Source: a candidate division WOR-3 bacterium
Lineage (GTDB): Bacteria > Hydrothermota > UBA3072 > B12-G15
Assembly (NCBI GenBank): GCA_965649055.1
Contig: CBFGJG010000009.1
Location: 1 to 60,069, forward strand
Direction of reading: 5' to 3'
Length of the DNA stretch: 60,069 nt
Made by a program: the position numbers and the translations under genes. The notes beneath the pieces are model-generated. The model did no database searches. It was given only the letters and a program-made list of their open reading frames with translations, and was not told the origin of the DNA. Below are positions 39,271-47,869 of this stretch, in pieces; the stretch's first letter is position 1; the number at the start of each line of letters is the position of its first letter.

Positions 39271-40310
39271 TAAAAGAAGTTATTTTAGCGGGAATTTTAG
39301 CATTAAAGGATTATATAGCGTTACATGTTATTACCTGTCTTATTCCAGCTTTCTTACTTGCTGGTGGAATGGTAAATTTTATAAATAAAGAAGCGATAAT
39401 TGACCTACTCGGTGAAAAGGTTAATAAATTTAAGTCCTTTAGCCTCGCAAGTGTTTCAAGTATTTTCATTGCTGCCTGTTCCTGCACTGTCATACCTGTT
39501 TCAAGTGGATTATATTATAGTGGTGCTGGTATAGGTGTTGCCTTTATAATATTATGGGTTGCTCCTGCATCAAATGTCCTTGCACTTGTTTATACAGGAA
39601 AGATACTTGGGACATCATTAGTTCTATCAAGGATTATCTCTGCATTTATTATGGCTTTTGTAGTAGGGATTGTTATGACTCTATTCTTTAGGAAGGAAAA
39701 GATTGAAGAAGTAAAGATAGAAAAGAGCGAAAAAGAAAAAATAATTACCTCAAAAGAACTCATTTTACTTGTTTTGATTCTTTTATCCCTTCTTATGCCA
39801 AACTATCTCATAAGGGGTGGAAGATATATCAACAAAGTTCTTGTCTGGGCATTATTCACAATGATTTATGCTGTTTATGCAGTTATATTAATTAACAAAG
39901 AAAAGATAAAATCATGGATGCTTGAAACCTGGTTTTTTGTTAAGATGATATTTCCCCTACTCCTTCTTGGTGTATTCATAGTTGGAATAATCGGTAAGAT
40001 AATCCCCGAAGAATGGATAAAAACATACCTTGGTGGTAATAGTTTAAGGTCATCATTCTTTGCAACAATTTTAGGTGCTATAAGTTATTTTGCAACTATG
40101 ACGGAAGCACCTTTTGTAGATACACTAATGAAACTTGGTATGGGAAAAGGACCTGCATTAACATTACTTTTAACAGGACCTGGTCTATCTTTACCGAACT
40201 GGCTTGCAATAGCAAGGGTATTTGGTGTTAAGAAATCACTTGTTTATGTTCCAACAATAATAATACTTGGAACACTGGTTGGTTGGTTTTTTGGAAACTT
40301 TATATTTTAA
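39267..40310 (+). CDS. Permease of the DUF318/ArsP-like family
   Basis: 347 aa, about 8-10 TM segments, with the ACSCTVIP cysteine motif characteristic of this permease family. Follows arsR. Confidence 0.7.
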   Translation: MIKEVILAGILALKDYIALHVITCLIPAFLLAGGMVNFINKEAIIDLLGEKVNKFKSFSLASVSSIFIAACSCTVIPVSSGLYYSGAGIGVAFIILWVAPASNVLALVYTGKILGTSLVLSRIISAFIMAFVVGIVMTLFFRKEKIEEVKIEKSEKEKIITSKELILLVLILLSLLMPNYLIRGGRYINKVLVWALFTMIYAVYAVILINKEKIKSWMLETWFFVKMIFPLLLLGVFIVGIIGKIIPEEWIKTYLGGNSLRSSFFATILGAISYFATMTEAPFVDTLMKLGMGKGPALTLLLTGPGLSLPNWLAIARVFGVKKSLVYVPTIIILGTLVGWFFGNFIF

Positions 40311-40321
40311 AAGGAGGACTA

Positions 40322-40564
40322 ATGAAAATCCAAATCGTTGGTTCTGGTTGCCCGAGATGTCAGCAGACAGAAAAGAATGTTATTGAAGCATGTTTAAAGT
40401 TAAACATCGCAGCAGACATTTCGCACATATACGATGTTAAAGAATTTCCTAAACTTGGTGTAAGGGTAACACCTGCTGTCCTGATAGATGGAAAAGTAGT
40501 TGTTGCTGGAAAGGTTCCGACGGTTGAAGAATTAAAAAAGATAATATCAAATTATAATAAGTAA
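40322..40564 (+). CDS. Small thioredoxin-fold protein (redox-active disulfide protein 2 type)
   Basis: MKIQIVGSGCPRCQ CxxC motif, about 80 aa. SD AAGGAGG lies 5 nt upstream of ATG 40322. The track start at 40283 lies inside the permease gene. Confidence 0.8.
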   Translation: MKIQIVGSGCPRCQQTEKNVIEACLKLNIAADISHIYDVKEFPKLGVRVTPAVLIDGKVVVAGKVPTVEELKKIISNYNK

Positions 40565-40571
40565 AAAATTG

Positions 40572-40599
40572 TTGATTTAAAGAAAAAATAATATAATAT
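40572..40599 (+). promoter_or_regulatory. Possible promoter of the GAF gene, leaderless geometry
   Basis: TTGATT(40572-40577), 16 nt, TAATAT(40594-40599), 6 nt, ATG(40606). A TATAAT at 40592 is an alternative -10. Confidence 0.4.
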
Positions 40600-40605
40600 A
40601 AATAT

Positions 40606-41061
40606 ATGAAAACATACGAAGATATTAAAAAACAGATAATTGAAACAATAAAAAAAGAAATTCCCAATAATGAAAAATTATTAAAGATATGTGAATCCCT
40701 TTCAAAACTTGAAGGCTATGATTGGGTAGGTTTTTACATTGTGAATAAAGATGATGAAAATGAACTTATCCTTGGCCCTTTTGTAGGAGAACCAACAGAA
40801 CATATCAGGATTAAGAAAGGAAAAGGAATATGCGGTCAGGCACTTCAAACCGGTAAGACATTTCTTGTCAGGGATGTAAATAAAGAGACAAACTATCTTT
40901 CCTGCAGTCCTGATGTTAAATCAGAGATAGTTGTTCCTATCTATAAAGATAATAAAATCGTTGGAGAAATAGATATTGATTCACATCGTATAAATAACTT
41001 CAAAAAAGAAGATAAAATCTTTCTTGAAGAAATAGCAAAAATAGTGAATATATTATTTTAG
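40606..41061 (+). CDS. Single GAF-domain protein (free methionine-R-sulfoxide reductase/YebR-like)
   Basis: YDWVGFYIV, GKGICGQA and EIVVPI...GEIDIDS motifs, 151 aa. Confidence 0.75.
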   Translation: MKTYEDIKKQIIETIKKEIPNNEKLLKICESLSKLEGYDWVGFYIVNKDDENELILGPFVGEPTEHIRIKKGKGICGQALQTGKTFLVRDVNKETNYLSCSPDVKSEIVVPIYKDNKIVGEIDIDSHRINNFKKEDKIFLEEIAKIVNILF

Positions 41062-41065
41062 TTAT

Positions 41066-41359
41066 TTAAATATTCGTAAATGTAATCTTTTTATTCTTCA
41101 TATCAATATTGCACTTAACAAGGTCGACAGGTGCGTAACTAAATCTAACCCAATAACCAGTTATTGCATTGTATTCATAAGTGAGTTGTTCTGTTTCTCC
41201 AGGTTCAAGTGTAATCTCAGTTTTATCAGCAGGTGGTTTTATATCCGTCATATAAACAGTATGTGAAGAGTTGTTTATAACATCATAAATATCTATTTTT
41301 GTGAAAGAACATTGAATGAATGATAAAACACACATTAAAAGAATTAATCTTTTTAACAT
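41066..41359 (-). CDS. Small predicted lipoprotein, function unknown
   Basis: MLKRLILLMCVLSFIQC is a signal peptide with a lipobox-like Cys. SD GGAGGTG lies before ATG 41359. The track start at 41389 overlaps the upstream gene. Confidence 0.6.
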   Translation of the reverse strand: MLKRLILLMCVLSFIQCSFTKIDIYDVINNSSHTVYMTDIKPPADKTEITLEPGETEQLTYEYNAITGYWVRFSYAPVDLVKCNIDMKNKKITFTNI

Positions 41360-41378
41360 AACACCTCCACTCAATATT

Positions 41379-42833
41379 TTAAAATCCATTTATTTTAATA
41401 TTCCAGTCAGTAGGAATATAATTTCCAGTCGATGAATCTTTAAAACCTTTTCTGCTTTTTTCAAATCGAACCAAATTACCTTTATCGTTAAAATAATAAA
41501 AATAAAATCCTACTTTTAATGAATCCTCGTCCCTGAATTGTAATGAAAACAAAATAACTGGTTTATTCGGGTCAACCGTTAGACCTTCAATATTATATTC
41601 TCTGAAATTTAAAATAGAAATAGTTTTCCATGGTGTTGAAGAAGTTGAATTCTTTAAATCTTCCCAGAAGATTTCTTTCTCTCTGCATTTGAAATATAAA
41701 TTCAATCTCGTATCAATATTATTTAACAATACATACTTTAAATCATTTATGGAACAATCTGTTCCAAAATTCATATACATTCTATAATCACCATTTGAGG
41801 TATAGTTTATAGGAGGCTTAATTTTTAATAAAGTTATTAATGAAGCATTCACAATATCATTTTCATTTAAATAATATGTGAAATTACAGAAGAAATTTTC
41901 TGTATCCCAGAATGGTATGTCCAATTTAGTTCTCAAATATTCAGCAAATTCTGTTGCCAATTTCATTAAGATTTTTAACTCTTTATCAGGTAATTTTATC
42001 TTATCATTTTCTAAATATTTCTTAAAATGAATGATAGATGGAAAAACTGAAACAGAATCATAAAAAGATAAACTATATTTTGTCACTTTTTTTAAATCTG
42101 AACGATTTTTTATACTTGGAGTAGATGAGAAGGTTAAAAAATTACTAAATTTATCCAAATTTTCCTTAAAATTCTTCCTTATTTTCTCAAAAATAAATAT
42201 CTTCTGAAAAATATTTGTTTCAGGTAAATTTACATGGAATCTCAATGTGTCATTTTCCATATTATCAAGTGAATCACAGATAAAAATTTCACCACTATTG
42301 ACCTTTAAACCTATTATAAATGCTTCTTTTTTTTCAATAAAAATCCCATTCTTATTAATCCGGTAGTCCTTCTTTTTTATCTCGCTTTTTTCCCATACTT
42401 TTACATAAAAAAATGCTTTATTATTTACTATATTATTTTCCATTTTCTCCGTTTCTATCGGATTTACAATGACGCTTTCAGGTGGCAAATATTCATACTT
42501 CTTAATATTTTCTATTTTGAAAAAATCCTTTATCTTTAAATCCGTATCTAAGATATACACATTCCATCCGTTAGATACATATCCTGAATCAAGAAATTCA
42601 GAAAATTCTTTAATAAAAACTATTCTTTCTATTTCAGGGAAAACATAAACATTCTTGAAATCCTTAAACATTACATTTTCCATCAAGACAAATGAATCAA
42701 GGTCATAATATTTTATATAAAAATTAGGAGTTGCAAAAATACTATAATAATCTTTTATTTTGTATCCAAATAAATATTCATATTCTTTAGATGAAGGATT
42801 GGCTGATATAGAAAATAATAAAAAAATATTCAT
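41379..42833 (-). CDS. Hypothetical protein, 484 aa, no recognisable domain
   Basis: A long ORF in stop-rich AT-rich DNA. Its start overlaps the CDF stop (ATGA), implying translational coupling. Confidence 0.6.
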   Translation of the reverse strand: MNIFLLFSISANPSSKEYEYLFGYKIKDYYSIFATPNFYIKYYDLDSFVLMENVMFKDFKNVYVFPEIERIVFIKEFSEFLDSGYVSNGWNVYILDTDLKIKDFFKIENIKKYEYLPPESVIVNPIETEKMENNIVNNKAFFYVKVWEKSEIKKKDYRINKNGIFIEKKEAFIIGLKVNSGEIFICDSLDNMENDTLRFHVNLPETNIFQKIFIFEKIRKNFKENLDKFSNFLTFSSTPSIKNRSDLKKVTKYSLSFYDSVSVFPSIIHFKKYLENDKIKLPDKELKILMKLATEFAEYLRTKLDIPFWDTENFFCNFTYYLNENDIVNASLITLLKIKPPINYTSNGDYRMYMNFGTDCSINDLKYVLLNNIDTRLNLYFKCREKEIFWEDLKNSTSSTPWKTISILNFREYNIEGLTVDPNKPVILFSLQFRDEDSLKVGFYFYYFNDKGNLVRFEKSRKGFKDSSTGNYIPTDWNIKINGF

Positions 42834-43759
42834 TTATAAAAAACCCCGTCTTTTTCATCCTTGCTTTCTTCGGGTTCAATGTGTATCATGACATCGGTTA
42901 TTCTTTTATCTTTATCCATAATTTCTTCCTTAACTTTATGTGCTATTTTATGCCCTTCCTTTACTGAGATTTTCCCGTCAACGAGAATATGCATATCAAC
43001 AAAATAATCAAACCCCATCTTCCTTGAATAACAACTTTCTACACCTTTCACACCCTCAACATTTTCAGCAATTGACTTTACACTATCTTCTATATCTGTA
43101 TGTGGTTTTATATCCATAATCTCACCTATTGCAGGAATCAAAAGTCTAATCCCATTGTAAGCAATAATAAACGAAGAAAAGAATGCTGCCCAGTCATCTG
43201 CACTTGCATAACCTTTGCCTCCTATAAGTGAGATTGAAATACCTATAAAAGCAGCAGCTGATGTAATTGCATCTGACCTGTGATGCCAGGCATCTGTCTT
43301 TACCGCCTGCGATTCTATATCTTCACCTACTTTAAAAACATACCTGAAAAGTGTTTCTTTCGAGATTATAACAATTGCAAGTATAATCAATGTATACCAT
43401 GCTGGGATTGTATGTGGATTTCTTATTTCTACCAAACTTTTATATGCAATGTATAAAGCCGCTAAAATAATACCCATTGCAACTATTGTAGCTGCAATAG
43501 GTTCTGCTTTACCGTGACCATAAGGATGGTTTTCATCCCTTGGTTTTGATGCTATTTTAAGACCAAGAATCACAATTATAGATTTGAAGATATCTGTCAA
43601 TGATTCTACAGCGTCAGCAATAAGTGCAAAAGATGAACCCTTTATTCCAGTTATGAATTTTATAAGGGCAAGCATAGAATTAACTATGATCCCTTTTGTA
43701 CTTGAAATTATCCCTTTTTTATACAGGCTATGATTTTCCATCTGATACAATTTTCTCAA
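42830..43759 (-). CDS. Cation diffusion facilitator family transporter
   Basis: ALIADAVESLTD, HPYGHGKAEP and DAWHHRSD motifs, with a C-terminal cytoplasmic domain. Confidence 0.9.
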   Translation of the reverse strand: MRKLYQMENHSLYKKGIISSTKGIIVNSMLALIKFITGIKGSSFALIADAVESLTDIFKSIIVILGLKIASKPRDENHPYGHGKAEPIAATIVAMGIILAALYIAYKSLVEIRNPHTIPAWYTLIILAIVIISKETLFRYVFKVGEDIESQAVKTDAWHHRSDAITSAAAFIGISISLIGGKGYASADDWAAFFSSFIIAYNGIRLLIPAIGEIMDIKPHTDIEDSVKSIAENVEGVKGVESCYSRKMGFDYFVDMHILVDGKISVKEGHKIAHKVKEEIMDKDKRITDVMIHIEPEESKDEKDGVFYK

Positions 43760-45167
43760 AAAGATAAAGGTCTGTTAAATCTGTTATCTTTATATTTCTG
43801 GGATCACCTTCAAAGATTTTTACTTCATACCCGTATCTTAAAAGTAAACTTGCATCATCCGTTGCATCAATATAATTTTCTCTAAATGCCTTTTTATGAC
43901 ATTCTTTTATTATGCCAAACCTGAATCCCTGTGGTGTTTGGACAGAATGAACTAATTCTCTATCAAGGACATCTTTAACAATTCCTTTTATTTTCTCGTT
44001 TTCTTTTATTAAAGTATCTTTGGACTTATAAACAGGAATAGCACCAAGTCCTTCTTGAACCTTATTCACACAATCTTCTATCATCTTAGAAGATACATTT
44101 GGTCTAACTATATCATGTATTAAAACTATATCTTCATCTCTCAAAACAGTTTCAAAATACTGAATTGCCTTATAACTTGAAAGTTGTCTTGTTTCACCAC
44201 CGGGAATCACATCATATATTTTTTTTATACCATATTTATTTAATAGCTCTTTTGTTTTTGATGTCCAGTTTGCGGGAACAACAAGAAGAATTCTGTTTAT
44301 AACAGGAGAATTTTCAAATTTCTGTATTGTGTAAATAAAAACAGGTATATCTTTCACAGTCAAGTATTGTTTTGGAGTTTCAGTCCCCATCCTCTTCCCT
44401 ATTCCTCCTCCAAGGAGTGCAGCGTAAATTCTAACATTCTTCCTTGTTGTTATATTCATAATACGCTTCATACCTTTCTCTATCTTTAGATAATTTATGA
44501 AGAAGATATACAGTCTGAAGGAACTATCAAGGAAAAGAAAAATTATGGCAACATAAAAGAAAATCTTTTGTCTTCCTATTATTGGAACAAATGTTAAAAT
44601 TAAAAGGTCAAGGTCCGTTCCATTCGGCAGAAATGAAAGGTTATTGTTAAGGATAAAAGAAAAGAAATACTTTATTCTTCCTGTAATATAATCAGGAAGA
44701 TAAATTGTAAATGATTTTGTATCCTTAGAAATAATCTTCATTAAAATGTTATAAAAGTAGATAATATTGGAAAGAAAAAGATAAAGAATAAAAAGATAAA
44801 ATATCTCTTTATCCCTGAATCTTCCGAATATGCTATAAAACATAAACAAAAAAGATATAACTGCTTTCCATTTTTCCTGTAATAAAAATATACTTTTTGT
44901 TTTATCGTCAGATTTTTTATTAAGGTATAATATAGCATTAACTAAGTAAGAAAGAAAATATAATATACCGGAAATAAAAAATAATTTTCTTTTTTGAATG
45001 TAAAGCAAAATAAGGGAAGTAAAATAAAATAAGTAAGATAAAATAATAAAAAATATCATTTTACTCTTATCAAAATTAATATTTAATTTATTTATTAGCT
45101 TTCTAATTAGATAATTTATCCAGCTTCTTGATTCTATGAAGTCTTCAAACTCTATTTTGTCTATCAT
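43728..45167 (-). CDS. ispD: Fusion protein: N-terminal polytopic membrane domain of about 235 aa (unknown family) plus C-terminal IspD-type cytidylyltransferase
   Basis: The C-terminal half has IYAALLGGGIGKRMGTETPKQYL, IHDIVRP, VQTPQGF and TDDASL (IspD/TarI family). The N-terminal half has about 6 hydrophobic segments. No in-frame stop separates the halves. Confidence 0.75.
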   Translation of the reverse strand: MIDKIEFEDFIESRSWINYLIRKLINKLNINFDKSKMIFFIILSYLFYFTSLILLYIQKRKLFFISGILYFLSYLVNAILYLNKKSDDKTKSIFLLQEKWKAVISFLFMFYSIFGRFRDKEIFYLFILYLFLSNIIYFYNILMKIISKDTKSFTIYLPDYITGRIKYFFSFILNNNLSFLPNGTDLDLLILTFVPIIGRQKIFFYVAIIFLFLDSSFRLYIFFINYLKIEKGMKRIMNITTRKNVRIYAALLGGGIGKRMGTETPKQYLTVKDIPVFIYTIQKFENSPVINRILLVVPANWTSKTKELLNKYGIKKIYDVIPGGETRQLSSYKAIQYFETVLRDEDIVLIHDIVRPNVSSKMIEDCVNKVQEGLGAIPVYKSKDTLIKENEKIKGIVKDVLDRELVHSVQTPQGFRFGIIKECHKKAFRENYIDATDDASLLLRYGYEVKIFEGDPRNIKITDLTDLYLFEKIVSDGKS

Positions 45168-45173
45168 ATGTCT

Positions 45174-45201
45174 AATTTAATGAATTTTTTAAAAAAATCA
45201 A
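45174..45201 (-). promoter_or_regulatory. Possible promoter of the ispD-fusion/CDF operon, leaderless geometry
   Basis: On the minus strand: TTGATT(45201-45196), 16 nt, TAAATT(45179-45174), 6 nt, ATG(45167). It lies directly after the rnpB 3' end. Confidence 0.4.
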
Positions 45202-45207
45202 GAAAAA

Positions 45208-45548
45208 ATGGGTGGAGTAAGCCGGATTCTGTGGGATATAAATCCTGTGGTCATTGCTCTATGCGACCTACCCGGGATATGGGTAAAACCCATGGCCAAG
45301 GCAACCGGGCTAAAAACCTATCCCTGCTTGGTCTTGCACCGGATGGGGTTTGCCCTGCCACTATCATTACTGATAGTGCGGTGAGCTCTTACCTCACCTT
45401 TTCACCCTTACCTTAAAAAGGCGGTATATTTTCTGTGGCACTTTCCGTAACTTACCATATTGGGTAAGCCCCCACGATTTCTCGTGGCATCCTGCCTTGT
45501 GGTGTCCGGACTTTCCTCCCTTTTAAAGGCGACCACTTCTCCACCCAG
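45208..45548 (-). ncRNA. rnpB: RNase P RNA, bacterial type A
   Basis: A GC-rich island in AT-rich DNA. On the minus strand it reads GGGTGGAGAAGTGGTCGCC...GGGAGGAAAGTCCGGACACC...GGTAAGGGTGAAAAGGTGAGGTAAGAGCTCACC...ACAGAATCCGGCTTACTCCACCC. These are the universal CR-I, CR-IV and CR-V-like motifs with P1 pairing of the ends. Ends are approximate, within about 5 nt. Confidence 0.92.
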
Positions 45549-45600
45549 TATAAATATATTTTTTTTTTAAAATTATCAAGTGAATTTTTTTAAAAAATTC

Positions 45601-45628
45601 TTGACAAATCTAATTTTTTTCATATTAT
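45601..45628 (+). promoter_or_regulatory. Predicted promoter of the rubrerythrin-like gene, near-leaderless
   Basis: TTGACA(45601-45606), 16 nt, TATTAT(45623-45628), 8 nt, ATG(45637). Confidence 0.5.
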
Positions 45629-45636
45629 TAATTATT

Positions 45637-46152
45637 ATGAAAGATAAATTGCAATTGCTTGAAGATGCAATACAGATGGAAATAGATGGAAAGAAATATT
45701 ACCAAGAATGTGCGAATAAAACAAAAAATATTCTTGGTAAAAAATTATTTTCTAAACTTGTAGAATATGAAGATACACATATTGAAAAAATAAAAGAGGT
45801 TTTTAATAAACTATCAAACAACGAAAAGATTGATTCAATTATCTTAAAAGAGAAAAAAATTGATTCCAAAAACATATTTAAAGAAGAAATGAAGATGCTT
45901 GATAAGAATGTTGTTCCAGACGCAAGTGATTTGGATGCATTAAAAGAAGGTATGAGGCTTGAAGATAAAAGCGAAGAATATTACTCTAACCTTGCAAAAC
46001 AGACAGATGAACCTTTTGAAAAAAGATTTTATCTTGCATTAGCATTTGAAGAAAAAGAACATTATATGTTGTTGTTTGATACATATCAGTATCTAAAAAA
46101 CCCTTACCTGTGGTTTTTTGAGCAGGAAGGGGAAACCCTTGATGTTTATTGA
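45637..46152 (+). CDS. Ferritin-like/rubrerythrin-family di-iron protein (no rubredoxin domain)
   Basis: Two E...ExxH half-sites (MEIDGKKYY...EYEDTH and LEDKSEEYY...EEKEH). Start moved to ATG 45637, because the track start at 45580 lies upstream of the predicted promoter. Confidence 0.7.
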   Translation: MKDKLQLLEDAIQMEIDGKKYYQECANKTKNILGKKLFSKLVEYEDTHIEKIKEVFNKLSNNEKIDSIILKEKKIDSKNIFKEEMKMLDKNVVPDASDLDALKEGMRLEDKSEEYYSNLAKQTDEPFEKRFYLALAFEEKEHYMLLFDTYQYLKNPYLWFFEQEGETLDVY

Positions 46153-47297
46153 TTTTCCTTAATATATTCAATAATTAACTCTTTTGAACCCTGTTTTTTT
46201 AATAATGTTTCTTTAGTTATTCTTCCCATCTTTAGAATTCTTTCTTTATCATTTAATAAATTTTCTATTATTTTTTTAAAATTATCTTCTACTTTAATAC
46301 AGCCATTCAATTTCTCGCAATCTTCAAAAAAATCATCAATACTACTTGTAAATCTACCTGCTAATATTGGTTTTCCAATGTAAGCAGCCTCAATGGGATT
46401 ATGTCCACCATAATTTTTAATTGTTCCACCTATAAAAACTAAATCCGCAATCTTATAAAAATCTACAAGGCATCCTATTTCATCGAGAATTATCACATCT
46501 TCACCTGAATATCCGCCTTTGCTGTAAAGATTGTATCTAATATTTTTCCCCTGTAACAATTTTTCTATTAATTGAACTCTTTTCAAATGCCTTGGGGCTA
46601 TAACGCTTATAGCATTATCAGGAAGATTTCTAATAACTATCTCTTCCTCCCCTTCCCTTACACTTCCAAAGACAACAACATTCTTATTAAATTCATATCC
46701 ATCTTTTAACTCTTTAAAATAAGGATTAACATCAAATTTCAGATTTTCCGTAAAACCTATTTTGTCCACAGGAAAACCAAGGCTTATAAAATTTTCCCTA
46801 TTCTTCAATCCTGCTGGAAAAACGTAATCAATGTAAGGTGAAACTATTTTTAACAGTAATCTCTTTAAAATTTGCATTTTCTTATTTATTCTACCATTAA
46901 TAATCACCACCTTAGCACCTTGTTTTTTTGAAAAATAGATAAGTGAAGGCCATATTTCACATTCAACAAGTATAAGGAATTTTAATCCCATATTCTTTAA
47001 TGATTTATACATAATATATGGTGAATCAACAGGAAAAAGCCTTATATCAGCATTTCTATACATATCTTTTGCGATTTTCTTACCCGATTCTGTAAATGTT
47101 GTTATCAATATCTTTCCTTCAATATCATCGATTAAACTTTTTACTATCTTCACTTCACCAACAGATGAACAATGTATCCAGAAATCATACTTATCTTTTA
47201 TTATTGAAAACCTCTCTCTTTGTTTAAGGAATATAAAAAAAAGAAATGGTGTAAGAAGGATAGAAATGATATTGATAATGATAAAATATATTATCAT
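46146..47297 (-). CDS. waaA: 3-deoxy-D-manno-octulosonic acid (Kdo) transferase
   Basis: An N-terminal TM segment and WIHCSSVGEV motif, with GGTIKNYGGHNPIEAA near the C-terminus. Confidence 0.88.
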   Translation of the reverse strand: MIIYFIIINIISILLTPFLFFIFLKQRERFSIIKDKYDFWIHCSSVGEVKIVKSLIDDIEGKILITTFTESGKKIAKDMYRNADIRLFPVDSPYIMYKSLKNMGLKFLILVECEIWPSLIYFSKKQGAKVVIINGRINKKMQILKRLLLKIVSPYIDYVFPAGLKNRENFISLGFPVDKIGFTENLKFDVNPYFKELKDGYEFNKNVVVFGSVREGEEEIVIRNLPDNAISVIAPRHLKRVQLIEKLLQGKNIRYNLYSKGGYSGEDVIILDEIGCLVDFYKIADLVFIGGTIKNYGGHNPIEAAYIGKPILAGRFTSSIDDFFEDCEKLNGCIKVEDNFKKIIENLLNDKERILKMGRITKETLLKKQGSKELIIEYIKENQ

Positions 47298-47869
47298 AAT
47301 TCACCCATTTTTTCATAAATCGAATTTATATCTTTTAATTCCCTTATATAAATATTTACTTTTGTAAAAGGAAAAGGAATAAAGAAAGAATCCCAACTAT
47401 TTAGCCTTATTCCCTTACCTTTTATTTCAATACAAAACACATTCCCGTTTCTAATAAGAAACTGAATAAAATTTTTATCAATTTTTCCCTTTGGACCCCT
47501 TGGACCATCAGGGGTTATAGCGATATAATTATTCTTCCTGTAAAATTTAATCATCTCTGAAAGCCCTTTCAATCCGCCTTTTGAACTTGAACCTCTTATT
47601 GTCTTAAAACCAAATAATCTGACTATTTTAGATGCTATTTCACCATCTCTTGAAAGGCTTATAAGAACATATATCCCTTTATTCTTAAAAATATATATCA
47701 AAGGAAGCATCTTGCCATGCCAAAAGAGAACAAAAGCTGGTTTTTTGGCAAATTTATATCCATAAACATCTATTCTAATAGTGAAAAAAAGAAGATGCAT
47801 TATATAATAAAAAATAAGATAGAGACTAAATTCTATGAATGATGTCACAAACCACCCTATCATATACAC
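47294..47869 (-). CDS. DUF374 domain protein (lysophospholipid acyltransferase-like, commonly next to waaA)
   Basis: FWHGKMLP, SRDGEIASK, RGSSSKGG and ITPDGPRGP motifs. Confidence 0.75.
   Translation of the reverse strand: MYMIGWFVTSFIEFSLYLIFYYIMHLLFFTIRIDVYGYKFAKKPAFVLFWHGKMLPLIYIFKNKGIYVLISLSRDGEIASKIVRLFGFKTIRGSSSKGGLKGLSEMIKFYRKNNYIAITPDGPRGPKGKIDKNFIQFLIRNGNVFCIEIKGKGIRLNSWDSFFIPFPFTKVNIYIRELKDINSIYEKMGEL

Noticed and set aside
45168-45416. 82-aa ORF on the plus strand
   Set aside because: It lies antisense within the GC-rich rnpB (RNase P RNA) gene. The openness of the frame is explained by the local GC richness. It has no SD or promoter geometry.
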